A stretch of 64,000 nucleotides of DNA, taken from an uncultured Candidatus Saccharibacteria bacterium (lineage in GTDB: Bacteria; Patescibacteriota; Dojkabacteria; SC72). Shown here piece after piece: positions 40,320 to 50,271 of the stretch. The notes beneath the pieces were generated by a model, which saw only the letters and a list, made by a program, of their open reading frames with translations, ran no database searches and was not told the origin of the DNA. The translations under genes were made by a program, and so were the position numbers. How positions within the stretch are numbered: the first letter of the stretch is position 1; the number at the start of each line of letters is the position of its first letter. Where the stretch lies: assembly GCA_964405015.1 (NCBI GenBank), contig CAYOME010000001.1, positions 165,584 through 229,583 of the forward strand, in the 5' to 3' direction.

Positions 40320-42923
40320 CTATTTTTTACCAAGTATTAGCTTTGCTTCTTCATCAGATACGAGTTTCCTAGACTCTTTGATATCCTTGTAGTTTACAGA
40401 TACTCCATATACACCCATTTGTACACTATATTTGATTAGATCTTTGCTACCCTCTGTCATAACTATTACTCTTCTTGGAGTATTCCTAGTTACATCTACA
40501 ACGGCATCTACAATTTTGTATGCACTATTTACACCAAGATTGTATCTAGCATCTATGTCATTAATATCGAAGCCTTGCATTACTCTAACTATTCTAGGCA
40601 TGTTTAGTACTAACCCATCTATTTTTGAATCTAGTATTTCATCTGCCATTATTACTTCTGTAGGTGTATCTATGATTGCATATACCCTAAATGTAGAAGT
40701 TCTTCTAAGTCCAATAGAGGAGAGACTCTTCTTAAAGTCAGAAACTAGTGTACTATTTTGTGGACTATGTATAGCTAAATCAACATTTCTTTTTTTGTAT
40801 ACATTCCTCAATCTTTTAACAATCATCAATACTCTCTTAAGTAATTCCTTGTTATTTATGTAATGTGATATACCAAAGATTGACAGCTGATTTTCATCTT
40901 CAAAGTCTTTACCTCTCTTAAGTGCCTTAAAATCTGCTACACTAGCAGAACCCAAAGAAAGTAATACGTTGTTTCCTTCAGCTAAATCTACATATTTACA
41001 TATCCTCTCCACAATATCTTTAGAATATTCAACAAATTTTTTCTCCTCTACAAATGCTAATGGGTGCCTTCCAACCTTAAGCAATATTTGATCAAGATCT
41101 ATATAGCAGAGGCCATGAGAATTACCAACATAGTCAATTAACTCATCACTTTCTACATTAGGGTTTACAAATACCTTTGTAGCAGAAGGTGGAAGAGAAA
41201 CATCATGAGGAATCTTACTCTCATATTCAGAAGGTTTCTCAGTTTCAGTAACCTGTGAAGTAGGTACACTCCTAAGTAAATCTATCCCTTCTAAATTCTC
41301 TTCATTGTATGCCTCTACTACCGGATGTACCTGCTGTGGTTCACTCTTACCTTCAACTACCATTTTTGCCTCATTACTTCTTTCCCTATACACTGACCCT
41401 GCCTTACCATCAATTCTTACAATATCTCCGTCCTTTAATACATTTGAAGCATTTGTAGCCCCAACTATTGCTGGGATATCAAATTCTCTACAAAGTATTG
41501 CAGTATCGCTAGTTACACCACCAGTTTCCAATATGACTCCACCGGAATGAACAATGAGAGCTTCCATTTCATTTCCATATTTTTTGATAAGGAGGATATC
41601 ATTCTTACTTACTGCAACATCAGCACTTCTATCTACACATACAACCTTACCAATTACTTGACCAAAACTCGCACCAATACCAGAAACTAGTAAATCTTCC
41701 TTACTCTCAGTAAGAGTAGATGTAACTACTGGTTGAGGTTTACTCTCTATTGTTTTCTTTGCAATATTTATTAACTTCTCCGTCAACGAATTCTTTTCCG
41801 TCCTATTACTCTGTACTATCTTTTTTGCATGTTCAACAGCCTTACTCTCCAACATACCAATACCCATATATTTGTCTACTGTCCATTTAAGAACCTCACC
41901 CAAGGTATCAAAATCTTTAGCCTCAACAATGACCAACTGATCAGTACTTCTCTCATACAAATCCTTACTCTGTAATACCCATACTCTCCCACCAGATATT
42001 ACCCATTCAATATTTTGAGCTTGTCTTAATTTGTTCTCTACTATTAAAGCAATCTTAGATATCTCTTGTAAGTACTTGTCTTCAACTTTCTGTCTGTGGC
42101 TCCAATTAGATGATATCTTAATCTTTTCTACATTTGATTTACCTTTAACAGTTCCACCCAGCATTCTTACTTTCATCCAATCTTGTGGAGAAATATGTTT
42201 TTCAATTATATTCAATTCTCTTTTGTTAAGTAGATATGTATCAGGTGTTAACTCTCCCAATGCAATACTATCTCCTAGTCCAAATACTGCTTCGATACTT
42301 AATTTTGAAGGATCTTGAGTTATTGGATCTACTGTAAACGCTACACCAGAAACTTCAGCTTGAATCATCTTTTGAACAACAACAGCAATCTTTACATCAG
42401 AAAGATTAATACCCTTAGAAGAGGCATATGCAACTACATCATCAGTAAACAAGGAACCATATATCCTCTTAACAGAATCAAACAAATTCTTTATACCTCT
42501 AATATTCAACTCCGTAGAAAAAATCCCAGAGAATGAAACATCAGGAGCAGAAGGAAACACAACAGAAGATCTTACAGATACCCATGCATCAGTAAATCCA
42601 GAGAGTCTGGTATACGCTGTTAGTATTTCTTCTAATACTTCAGGAGAAAAGTCTGTTTTCAATATTGATTCAAGTATCTCTGATTCTTCAGGATTCTTAC
42701 CCTTTTCAAAAAGCTTCTGTGAATCTCTAAGCAAAGATTTTGAAATTATATCTTCAAATACATTAGAGGAAATTACAAAAAACTCAGGTATTGGAATATC
42801 CATATCCTTAAGTTCAAAGAGACTTAATCCTTTTCTTCCTACAGTAGATTCTTTAAGATTTCTAGCTTGAAAATCTTCCCAATAGTAGATTGATCTATTA
42901 ATCTTTGTAATATTTGATGACAT
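40320..42923 (-). CDS. PEP-synthase/pyruvate-phosphate-dikinase-like protein with Asp in place of the phosphocarrier His
   Basis: N-terminal PPDK_N ATP-grasp region and a central PEP-utilisers mobile domain whose signature reads GGVTSDTAILCREFDIPAIVG (canonical GGRTCHAAIIARE.GIPAVVG). The C-terminal domain of about 350 aa is divergent. Confidence 0.65.
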   Translation of the reverse strand: MSSNITKINRSIYYWEDFQARNLKESTVGRKGLSLFELKDMDIPIPEFFVISSNVFEDIISKSLLRDSQKLFEKGKNPEESEILESILKTDFSPEVLEEILTAYTRLSGFTDAWVSVRSSVVFPSAPDVSFSGIFSTELNIRGIKNLFDSVKRIYGSLFTDDVVAYASSKGINLSDVKIAVVVQKMIQAEVSGVAFTVDPITQDPSKLSIEAVFGLGDSIALGELTPDTYLLNKRELNIIEKHISPQDWMKVRMLGGTVKGKSNVEKIKISSNWSHRQKVEDKYLQEISKIALIVENKLRQAQNIEWVISGGRVWVLQSKDLYERSTDQLVIVEAKDFDTLGEVLKWTVDKYMGIGMLESKAVEHAKKIVQSNRTEKNSLTEKLINIAKKTIESKPQPVVTSTLTESKEDLLVSGIGASFGQVIGKVVCVDRSADVAVSKNDILLIKKYGNEMEALIVHSGGVILETGGVTSDTAILCREFDIPAIVGATNASNVLKDGDIVRIDGKAGSVYRERSNEAKMVVEGKSEPQQVHPVVEAYNEENLEGIDLLRSVPTSQVTETEKPSEYESKIPHDVSLPPSATKVFVNPNVESDELIDYVGNSHGLCYIDLDQILLKVGRHPLAFVEEKKFVEYSKDIVERICKYVDLAEGNNVLLSLGSASVADFKALKRGKDFEDENQLSIFGISHYINNKELLKRVLMIVKRLRNVYKKRNVDLAIHSPQNSTLVSDFKKSLSSIGLRRTSTFRVYAIIDTPTEVIMADEILDSKIDGLVLNMPRIVRVMQGFDINDIDARYNLGVNSAYKIVDAVVDVTRNTPRRVIVMTEGSKDLIKYSVQMGVYGVSVNYKDIKESRKLVSDEEAKLILGKK

Positions 42924-42945
42924 TTCCTAGGCAGTAATATTATCT

Positions 42946-44100
42946 CTAAATGCTACCTTTAGCTTTTAATTTTTGCAAGTCTATATAGAACTCATAGCAT
43001 ATCCTCATAATGACAATTGCTGGTACTGCCAATACTGCTCCCCATACACCAAAGAGTACAAAGAATGTAAATGCAGCAAACATAATAAAGATGGGTCTTA
43101 CGCCCATCACATTTCCCATTATTTTAGGCACGATAATGTTGTTTTCTAATTGCTGATATACAAAGAATACAACCACAATTATCAATGCTGCCAATGGGCC
43201 CTTTACAACAATGGCTATTAATATTGGAGGTATTGCTCCAATAGTTGCACCTAGGTTAGGTATAGCGGACATTAATGCTACAAATACCGCTATAGGGAGA
43301 GCAAATGGTACACCTAAAATCCAGAGTGTTAAACCCATTACTAAACCAGCAATACTACTTATCAACGCTTGACCTAGTAACCATCTACCTAACTTACTTT
43401 CTACTTCAAGTACCAATTCCTTTACTCTATTCCTCTTTGCATCGGACACGATCCTTACCAAACCAAACTCTAAGATATTGTCATGATCTAATACTAGATA
43501 TATAGAAAAGATTACAGAAGCAAAGAGTAGGGCTGTAGAACTAAATACAGAACCAAGAGTATTAGCAATATTTTCGAAACTCTCAAATATTGTAAATTTC
43601 TCAAAGAAATCCTTAACAAATGTATTTATCATCGAAGTTTCAATTGTATATCCCAACACATTAATATCTTGGATATCCTTTGAAAGTAAATCTATCCATC
43701 TTGGAACTGCTTTAACTAACTCATCTATTTGATCAATGAATGGGAATACGACAACAGAAAGTACAGCAGAGAGAACTACAAAACCCAAGAAGTAAGTTAA
43801 TGCTACTGCAAGTCCCTTACCAACTTTTCTTGAAGTAAGAAATCTGACAACAGGCCTAGAGGTAGACATGAATACAAAACCTCCAAAGAGGAATATGAAT
43901 ACTGTTAACAATTCTTTACCTAAGAAAAATACTGCAAGTAGAAAAAGTACAGCTAAAACAAACTTCCATGAGAACTCAACAACGATAGTGGGCTTTTTGA
44001 CCTCATCTCTTTGCCTGTACTTCTCTAACTCTCTTAAATCTTGTACTAAGTTACTCTCAGTGGAAATCTTTTTCGAATCCATGTTTAATATTTTAGCCAT
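42946..44100 (-). CDS. AI-2E (PerM/UPF0118) family transporter-like membrane protein
   Basis: 384 aa with about 8 TM helices in the arrangement typical of the AI-2E family. The call is from topology and length only. Confidence 0.5.
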   Translation of the reverse strand: MAKILNMDSKKISTESNLVQDLRELEKYRQRDEVKKPTIVVEFSWKFVLAVLFLLAVFFLGKELLTVFIFLFGGFVFMSTSRPVVRFLTSRKVGKGLAVALTYFLGFVVLSAVLSVVVFPFIDQIDELVKAVPRWIDLLSKDIQDINVLGYTIETSMINTFVKDFFEKFTIFESFENIANTLGSVFSSTALLFASVIFSIYLVLDHDNILEFGLVRIVSDAKRNRVKELVLEVESKLGRWLLGQALISSIAGLVMGLTLWILGVPFALPIAVFVALMSAIPNLGATIGAIPPILIAIVVKGPLAALIIVVVFFVYQQLENNIIVPKIMGNVMGVRPIFIMFAAFTFFVLFGVWGAVLAVPAIVIMRICYEFYIDLQKLKAKGSI

Positions 44101-44129
44101 TTACTTACCATATTTAATTAATCCAGTTA

Positions 44130-45239
44130 TTATACCAATTCCCTTACACTAGATCTATTTAATACTTTCCTTTTAGATATCAAGTACGAAGCAAAGAAAG
44201 AAGTTATCGGAACAATTAGTAAAATACCAATACTTGCAGACAATGTTCTAACGATCTCTTCAGCTATTACATCAGCCCTAAGAATATTCCCAATGCCTCC
44301 ACTGTTGTATGTAAGAAGCATAACTAGGGCAAAACTGGAACCAGCATATGCAATAAAAAGGGTATTAACCATTGAAGAAAGATGGTCCTTACCAATATTC
44401 ATACCCTGTTTGTAAAGTTGAAACATATTCAATTTAGGGTTAGCAATATTCAATTCATATATGGAGGATACCTGACTCATTACAACATCGTCTAATACAC
44501 CAACTGCACCTATTAATATACTTACAAAAAATACTTCAGCTAAATTAATACTTCCACCTGTTTGACTAAGAAGTAAAAATGCTTCTTCACTCCCCGATCC
44601 ATCTACCCTCATAAAGGTTGTAAAAAGTTTAGCTAGAAAACCTACTATTAATATCCCTATGAATGTTGAAAGTACTGCTATACTACTTTTAATATTAAAT
44701 CCGTGAGAGGTGTACATAATGACAATAAGGGAAATACATACCGTAGTAATACCAATTAAAAGTATATTCCCTCCATCTAATATTCTAGGTATTGCCCAAC
44801 CATACAGAAGTAGGACAGTGAATCCCAAACTAATTAAAGATCCTAGCCCTTGTCTTTTACCAATAGCTATAGCTACAACAGAAAATATCAATATCATTAC
44901 CAACACCGAACCCTCTCTTACAAAGCCCGTTATACTCCAACTCTCATAGTCAAAACCATCAGTAAGAAAAGATACATACACCTTATCTCCAACCTTAAAC
45001 TTTGATTCTCCGTTATCAGAGAGAGCAGGTATAGTCCTCACACTTTCACCCCTTTTCTCAACATATATTTCATATTCAAAACAAGTATATCCACCATCTA
45101 AAGATTCGGAACAAGGCACTTCGAAAATCTCTAATACCGTACCTTTAAAAGATTCTTCTGAATCCTGTGCAAAGGAAGGAGTAGGGAATAGTAATGTAAG
45201 AAGTAATAGTAATATGAATTTCATTCCCACATTATACAA
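44130..45239 (-). CDS. YibE/F-like polytopic membrane protein with an N-terminal secreted beta domain
   Basis: Signal peptide, an extracytoplasmic domain of about 90 aa, then about 7 TM helices. The family assignment is tentative. Confidence 0.4.
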   Translation of the reverse strand: MYNVGMKFILLLLLTLLFPTPSFAQDSEESFKGTVLEIFEVPCSESLDGGYTCFEYEIYVEKRGESVRTIPALSDNGESKFKVGDKVYVSFLTDGFDYESWSITGFVREGSVLVMILIFSVVAIAIGKRQGLGSLISLGFTVLLLYGWAIPRILDGGNILLIGITTVCISLIVIMYTSHGFNIKSSIAVLSTFIGILIVGFLAKLFTTFMRVDGSGSEEAFLLLSQTGGSINLAEVFFVSILIGAVGVLDDVVMSQVSSIYELNIANPKLNMFQLYKQGMNIGKDHLSSMVNTLFIAYAGSSFALVMLLTYNSGGIGNILRADVIAEEIVRTLSASIGILLIVPITSFFASYLISKRKVLNRSSVRELV

Positions 45240-45266
45240 AAAAAAGAGGGGCTTGCACCCCTCTTA
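45233..45266 (-). terminator. Rho-independent terminator (minus strand) after the sortase-substrate gene
   Basis: On the plus strand an A-run precedes the hairpin AGAGGGGcttgcaCCCCTCT, so on the minus strand the hairpin is followed by T8. Confidence 0.65.
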
Positions 45267-45286
45267 ATCTAAAGCAACAGATGTAT

Positions 45287-46219
45287 TTACTTTCTCTTAC
45301 TGTAATACAAATATACAGAACTAGATCCAAATGCTAGTACTGCAATTAATGCAAATACCATCATTAAGTTGTTACCAAACAATGCATCTAATTCACCCGC
45401 CGCTTGAGGTAAATTACCATCAACTACAGCATCTCCATTTACATCACCAGTAGGTGAGTAGTCTACACGAATCTTCTCATCCAATGTAACTTCATTACCT
45501 GCTAAATCTTTAACAGACATTGTGAATACATTACGACCTTCTTCTAATTCAATATTCTCTAATCTAAACACACCTTTATCATCTGCAACAACGTCATAGC
45601 TTAAGATACCTCTTTTAACAGTAACTGTACTATTTGGTTCAACAGTACCAGCAACTACAAAAGTGTCCTTGTTTGTCTCTTCTCCATATTTAATAGATAC
45701 GGAATCCTGTGAAGGAGCACTTCTATCTACCTTTGCCAGTTCAATACTACTTCTTGGACCAATTACTCTATTAGGAAAACCCTTAACTCCAGCAACAGAT
45801 ACTGAGTAATCGCCTTCATTCTCTGCGGTATATTCATATGAGAATGTACCCTCTCCACTAACCTTAGTACTCGCTATCTTTACATCATTTACATATACAA
45901 AGATATCGTCATATCCCAAAGCTTTACCTCTAACTAATATTGTTTCTCCATTAGTAATATCTGTAACATCAGTAAGCTCAGGAGCTTCTAAATCTAAATC
46001 TACCGAAGGCTCTTCTCTAAATCTAATGAAAGAGTAGATACCAAATGCAACTAGCAATACACCCAAACCGATGAAGACAGAACCAACCAAACGAGATATT
46101 TTCTCTTGATTGTTTCTCTCTGGTTGCTTTATCTCAACCTTACTTTGCATGTTATCTTGTTGTATTTCTACAACCTTATTATTATTTTGGGCAGAGTTAT
46201 TATTTTTCTTCTTAGCCAC
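45287..46219 (-). CDS. Surface protein with a C-terminal sortase-type sorting signal (LPQAAG-like motif, hydrophobic helix, KRK tail) and a dockerin-like Ca-binding repeat
   Basis: A long N-terminal signal/anchor is followed by beta-rich domains. The C-terminus reads DVNGDAVVDGNLPQAAGELDALFGNNLMMVFALIAVLAFGSSSVYLYYSKRK. The gene lies divergent from the sortase. Confidence 0.55.
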   Translation of the reverse strand: MAKKKNNNSAQNNNKVVEIQQDNMQSKVEIKQPERNNQEKISRLVGSVFIGLGVLLVAFGIYSFIRFREEPSVDLDLEAPELTDVTDITNGETILVRGKALGYDDIFVYVNDVKIASTKVSGEGTFSYEYTAENEGDYSVSVAGVKGFPNRVIGPRSSIELAKVDRSAPSQDSVSIKYGEETNKDTFVVAGTVEPNSTVTVKRGILSYDVVADDKGVFRLENIELEEGRNVFTMSVKDLAGNEVTLDEKIRVDYSPTGDVNGDAVVDGNLPQAAGELDALFGNNLMMVFALIAVLAFGSSSVYLYYSKRK

Positions 46220-46301
46220 TCTAACCTATATTAAAATTTATATACTCTATACAAATAGAATAGAATAAAATTTTACAGAGTGCAAGAAAAATATATAATA
46301 A

Positions 46302-47006
46302 ATGGATATGAGAAAGAAAACGATATTAAAATTCACATTAACAATACTCCTTTTAACAGGCTTTCTAATACCAGTTGGAATATTTGTAATATATCCAAAT
46401 TACAACAAACTAATTGGACCTATAAAGAGATTTAATATACAAAGAAGTACAGAAGAAATAACTTTTCAAATATTAACAACCCTTTCTCCTACTAGAGACC
46501 AAGTACTTGGAATAACTGATATAACATCAACAAACAAGACAATAGAGGAAAGTTTGGGCAGTAATTTTGTAATTCAAGAAAAGCAATTAGAGAGTTTAAA
46601 TACTCAAATTCAAATTGAATCCATTGAAGTAAAAGGAAAAGTGCATGAAGGTGTAGATTCCAATACTATGGACTTAGGTTTTTGGCACTTTCCTCTCTCC
46701 CAATATCCAGGAACTAAAGGAAATAGTGTAATCATTGGACATAGATATGCCAAATTGCCACCTGATCCAGACACTTTCTTTAATCTAGACAAAGTAAAAG
46801 TAGGGGATAGGATACTTGTAGAACAAGATAATAATTCATATACCTACATAGTTACAGAAACTAAGATTGTTGAAAAGAATGACATCTCTATCCTTCAAAA
46901 CTTTGGAGACTACCGTATTACCCTAGTTACATGTACACCTCTTTGGACTGATCATCAAAGATTGGTAATAGTTGGTAAACTGGACAAATTGTATAAAAAC
47001 ACATAG
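46302..47006 (+). CDS. Sortase-family transpeptidase
   Basis: N-terminal TM anchor, VIIGHRYA (catalytic His), ITLVTCTP (TLxTC catalytic Cys) and a downstream conserved Arg (HQRLVIVG). Confidence 0.8.
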   Translation: MDMRKKTILKFTLTILLLTGFLIPVGIFVIYPNYNKLIGPIKRFNIQRSTEEITFQILTTLSPTRDQVLGITDITSTNKTIEESLGSNFVIQEKQLESLNTQIQIESIEVKGKVHEGVDSNTMDLGFWHFPLSQYPGTKGNSVIIGHRYAKLPPDPDTFFNLDKVKVGDRILVEQDNNSYTYIVTETKIVEKNDISILQNFGDYRITLVTCTPLWTDHQRLVIVGKLDKLYKNT

Positions 47007-47042
47007 AATTCAATACTTCTAAATAATATTAATATATTTCTG

Positions 47043-48086
47043 ATGAACGATTTTTACACAAAAAAAGAGCTTAATGGGTATACCTTTGAATTTACAATGA
47101 CAATACCAAAAGATAACTTTAAGCATTCATTCGATCTTTTAGTTAAAGAATATGCCAAGGATACTGATATAAAAGGGTTTAGAAAAGGAAAAGTACCTAC
47201 TGACCTAATGAGTGATCAAATGAAAGATGTAGTTAAGTATGAGACATTTGAGAGATTAGCACCTCTTTACATAAATACTGCACTTTCAAAAGAGAAACTT
47301 GAACCTATCGCTCCACCAGAGTACAAAGAATTACCAAAGATCTTAGAAGGTTTAGATATTACCTTCACAATAAGGGTAACTACAATGCCTGAGTTTAAAG
47401 TAGGAGATGTTAAAAAGATTAAGATTAAAAAAGACAAACTTAAGGTAGAAGATAGTGAGATAGAAGAAGCTATTAATGAATTAAAAAGCTCTCAAAAAAC
47501 TAAAGCTACAGAGATAAATGATGAATGGGCAAAAGAGATAGCAGTAGTAATAAATGCTCCAGAGGTTAATACATTAGATGAACTTAAACAGAAAATTAGA
47601 GAAGCATTACAACTTCAAAAAGACCACTATCAATTACACCAATTACAAGATGAGGCATTAAGAAAAGGTATTGAGATATCAAAAATAGAAATCCCAGAAT
47701 CAGCAATAAAGTTCGAAGCTTCTGAGAGAGAAAGAGCTTTTGTAGAAGATATGAAGAACAGAGGAGTAAAGATCGAAGACTTCTTAAAGGGTAACAATAT
47801 CACAATGGAAAAGATGAGAGAACTTTGGTTAAAAGATGCTAAAGATGCGCTTGAGGCAGATACCTTCTTAAAGCTTTTTTCTGATGATAGGAAAGTAGAT
47901 ATAACTGATGAAGAATTAGAAGCTAAGATAGAGGAGATTAAAAAGACTCAACCTAATGCAGACAAAAGTATCTTTAGTAATCCTCAATGGAGAGATTACA
48001 TTAAAGGTGTTGAAAAGAAAGAAAAAGGTTTTAGACTTTTCATAGAGGAAGTATTAGGGAAAGATTTCTTAGATGATCATAACTAA
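47043..48086 (+). CDS. tig: Trigger factor (short form, apparently lacking the PPIase domain)
   Basis: N-terminal ribosome-binding signature GFRKGKVP and a C-terminal helical arm domain. It is 347 aa versus about 430 typical, and it is followed by clpP as in the canonical arrangement. Confidence 0.75.
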   Translation: MNDFYTKKELNGYTFEFTMTIPKDNFKHSFDLLVKEYAKDTDIKGFRKGKVPTDLMSDQMKDVVKYETFERLAPLYINTALSKEKLEPIAPPEYKELPKILEGLDITFTIRVTTMPEFKVGDVKKIKIKKDKLKVEDSEIEEAINELKSSQKTKATEINDEWAKEIAVVINAPEVNTLDELKQKIREALQLQKDHYQLHQLQDEALRKGIEISKIEIPESAIKFEASERERAFVEDMKNRGVKIEDFLKGNNITMEKMRELWLKDAKDALEADTFLKLFSDDRKVDITDEELEAKIEEIKKTQPNADKSIFSNPQWRDYIKGVEKKEKGFRLFIEEVLGKDFLDDHN

Positions 48087-48105
48087 CATTTAGAATATAC
48101 CAACA

Positions 48106-48693
48106 ATGTCTTTACTCATACCAATGGTTGTAGAAAAAGATAGGGAAGGGGAAAGAGCTTACGATATATATTCTAGGTTACTTAAGGATAGGATAATCTT
48201 TGTTAGTGGACCAATTGAAACAGATATGGCAGATACAGTAGTTGCACAATTACTGTTTTTAGAAAAAGAAAATGATCAGGAAGATATTCAAATGTTTATC
48301 AACTCCCCTGGGGGAGTAATTAATGCTGGAATGGCAATACTGGATACAATGAATTACATTAAATGTGATGTATCTACAATAGCTGTAGGTCTTGCAGCAT
48401 CTATGGGTTCATTCCTACTAGCACATGGTAAGAAGGGTAAAAGGTTTTCGCTACCTAATAGTAAGATTCATATTCATCAACCTCTTGGTGGTGTAGAGGG
48501 TCAAGCTAGTGATATCGCTATTGAAGCTCAAGAGATATTAAAAATTAGAGAGAAGATGTACAAGATGATTTCTAAGCAAACAGGACAATCTTTAAAGCAG
48601 ATTGAAAAAGATGCAGATAGGGATAAATTTTTTACAGCAGATGAAGCTAAGGAGTACGGATTGATAGATAAAGTAATATCAAAAAGAGAGTAA
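48106..48693 (+). CDS. clpP: ATP-dependent Clp protease proteolytic subunit ClpP
   Basis: Catalytic Ser in [11 protein letters not shown], the His in IHIHQPLGG, and the N-terminal [14 protein letters not shown] motif. Confidence 0.9.
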   Translation: MSLLIPMVVEKDREGERAYDIYSRLLKDRIIFVSGPIETDMADTVVAQLLFLEKENDQEDIQMFINSPGGVINAGMAILDTMNYIKCDVSTIAVGLAASMGSFLLAHGKKGKRFSLPNSKIHIHQPLGGVEGQASDIAIEAQEILKIREKMYKMISKQTGQSLKQIEKDADRDKFFTADEAKEYGLIDKVISKRE

Positions 48694-48694
48694 G

Positions 48695-49189
48695 ATGCAA
48701 GGACAAAGAGATCCTATCTACGATAATGCTAAACAAGAAGCCGAAGAATATATTAGGTCACAGATCATAAATATGATCCAGAGTGGTGATAATGATGCTT
48801 TCGTAAACGAGACGATTAGAGATATTTCTCTTACGGATATTCATGATATCCTCTTTCGTCTATATGTAGATAATAGCCTTCCATTCAAACTTACTAGAGT
48901 AGCTCATATAAAGATAGAGAATCTAGAAACTTTCGAACAACTTTGTGACCACATGGAGATTTACGATGTATCCATACCAGAAAAAGAGGCTCAAAGAGTA
49001 TATTTCCTAGAGACAAGCGATTGTGCAATTACAGTAATACCCATTCAATTATCTCCAGAAGATGGTATTAATATTCAAATAGAGCTCTTGGAGGATTCTC
49101 CTGCATTTGTAAAAGAGTTATGGAATAAAGCGACTAGAAAAAAAGGCTTAGATGATATAAAATTTGTAAAGTTTGGTAAGGGCGATTAG
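48695..49189 (+). CDS. Hypothetical acidic protein translationally coupled to clpP (occupies the usual clpX position)
   Basis: 164 aa with no Walker motifs, so it is not ClpX. It starts 2 nt after the clpP stop, and its last 10 nt overlap the tRNA-Val gene. Confidence 0.45.
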   Translation: MQGQRDPIYDNAKQEAEEYIRSQIINMIQSGDNDAFVNETIRDISLTDIHDILFRLYVDNSLPFKLTRVAHIKIENLETFEQLCDHMEIYDVSIPEKEAQRVYFLETSDCAITVIPIQLSPEDGINIQIELLEDSPAFVKELWNKATRKKGLDDIKFVKFGKGD

Positions 49190-49253
49190 CTCAGCTGGTT
49201 AGAGCATCACATTGACATTGTGGAGGTCACAGGTTCGAGTCCCGTATCGCCCA
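49180..49253 (+). tRNA. tRNA-Val (anticodon GAC)
   Basis: Acceptor GGGCGAT pairs with ATCGCCC, discriminator A. D-arm GCTCAGCTGGTTAGAGC. The anticodon loop is TTGACAT with anticodon GAC. T-loop TTCGAGT with one mismatch in the T stem, and no encoded CCA. Confidence 0.8.
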
Positions 49254-49277
49254 TTTTCTTCTAAATATAATAAAAAT

Positions 49278-49679
49278 ATGTGGCAATGCCCAAAGTGTAA
49301 AAGAGAGTTTAAAAAGAAGAATCAAACACATTCATGTGTAGCATATCCTATTGAGTATCATTTTATGAACAAAGACTATTCCAAAGACCTCTTTGAAAAA
49401 CTTGTAAAAAGAATAGAGAATGAGGTTGGTGAGATAAAGATAGAATCTTTACCATGCTGCATACACCTAGTAAGTAGCTATACATTCAGTGGGATATGGT
49501 TACTCAAAGATAAACTCAGACTTGATTTCAGAGTAGACTATCCAATTGAAAGTAATAGGGTATTAAAGCAAGAAAAACTTTCTACCAACAGATTTCTCTA
49601 CTATGTAGAAATAGCCGAAGAAAAGGATATCGATAAGGAGCTTATAAAGTGGCTAAAGGATTCATATTTCTTAAAATAG
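49278..49679 (+). CDS. Hypothetical protein with an N-terminal zinc-ribbon (CPKC...HSC)
   Basis: The ORF track starts at 49212, inside the tRNA, so I use the first Met after the tRNA (MWQCPKCKREF...). The fold is unknown. Confidence 0.4.
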   Translation: MWQCPKCKREFKKKNQTHSCVAYPIEYHFMNKDYSKDLFEKLVKRIENEVGEIKIESLPCCIHLVSSYTFSGIWLLKDKLRLDFRVDYPIESNRVLKQEKLSTNRFLYYVEIAEEKDIDKELIKWLKDSYFLK

Positions 49680-49693
49680 TTAATACATAATTA

Positions 49694-50254
49694 ATGAAAG
49701 ATACACTTAAACATCTTCTAATGCACAAATCGGAGGAAATAATGTCTAAAGACTTAAAGTATCATGACTGGGCACATGCAAAAAATGTATATAGAAATGC
49801 GCAAACTCTTCTCAAATATATCCAAGGGGATGAGATAGTAGTATTAACTTCTGCCCTCTTTCATGATATTGCTAGAGATAAAGAAAATCATGAATTAGAG
49901 GGAGCAAACATACTAAAAGATCTACTTAATGATATTTCGGAATTTCCAAAAGACAAAATAGAGGAAACATGCCTTGCGGTACTGCATCATGAACAAGGAC
50001 AGATATCAAATGAAGAAAAAATCCTTTCAGATGCAGATAAAATGGATGCTTTTAATGAGTTAGGCATTGGAAGAGGATTTATGATGGCAGCGAAGAAAGG
50101 ATACCCCCTTAAAGAAGCTGCTCTTGGATATCTAGATTTACTTAATAGTTGGTATAACGGTTTCCACTTTGATAAATCAAAAGAAATAATAAAAGATAAT
50201 TATGATTCTACAAAGAAAATATTGGAGAAAATGTTAAATGAGTATAAGTTGTGA
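49694..50254 (+). CDS. HD-domain phosphohydrolase
   Basis: H...HD metal-binding signature (YHDWAHAKNV, ALFHDIARD, LHHE, DADKMD) in a 186-aa protein. Confidence 0.65.
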   Translation: MKDTLKHLLMHKSEEIMSKDLKYHDWAHAKNVYRNAQTLLKYIQGDEIVVLTSALFHDIARDKENHELEGANILKDLLNDISEFPKDKIEETCLAVLHHEQGQISNEEKILSDADKMDAFNELGIGRGFMMAAKKGYPLKEAALGYLDLLNSWYNGFHFDKSKEIIKDNYDSTKKILEKMLNEYKL

Positions 50255-50271
50255 ATAGGTGAAAGTAATAA

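Noticed and set aside
49212-49277. ORF-track start at 49212 for the Zn-ribbon protein
   Set aside because: That N-terminal extension would be translated from within the tRNA-Val gene. I chose the first Met after the tRNA.
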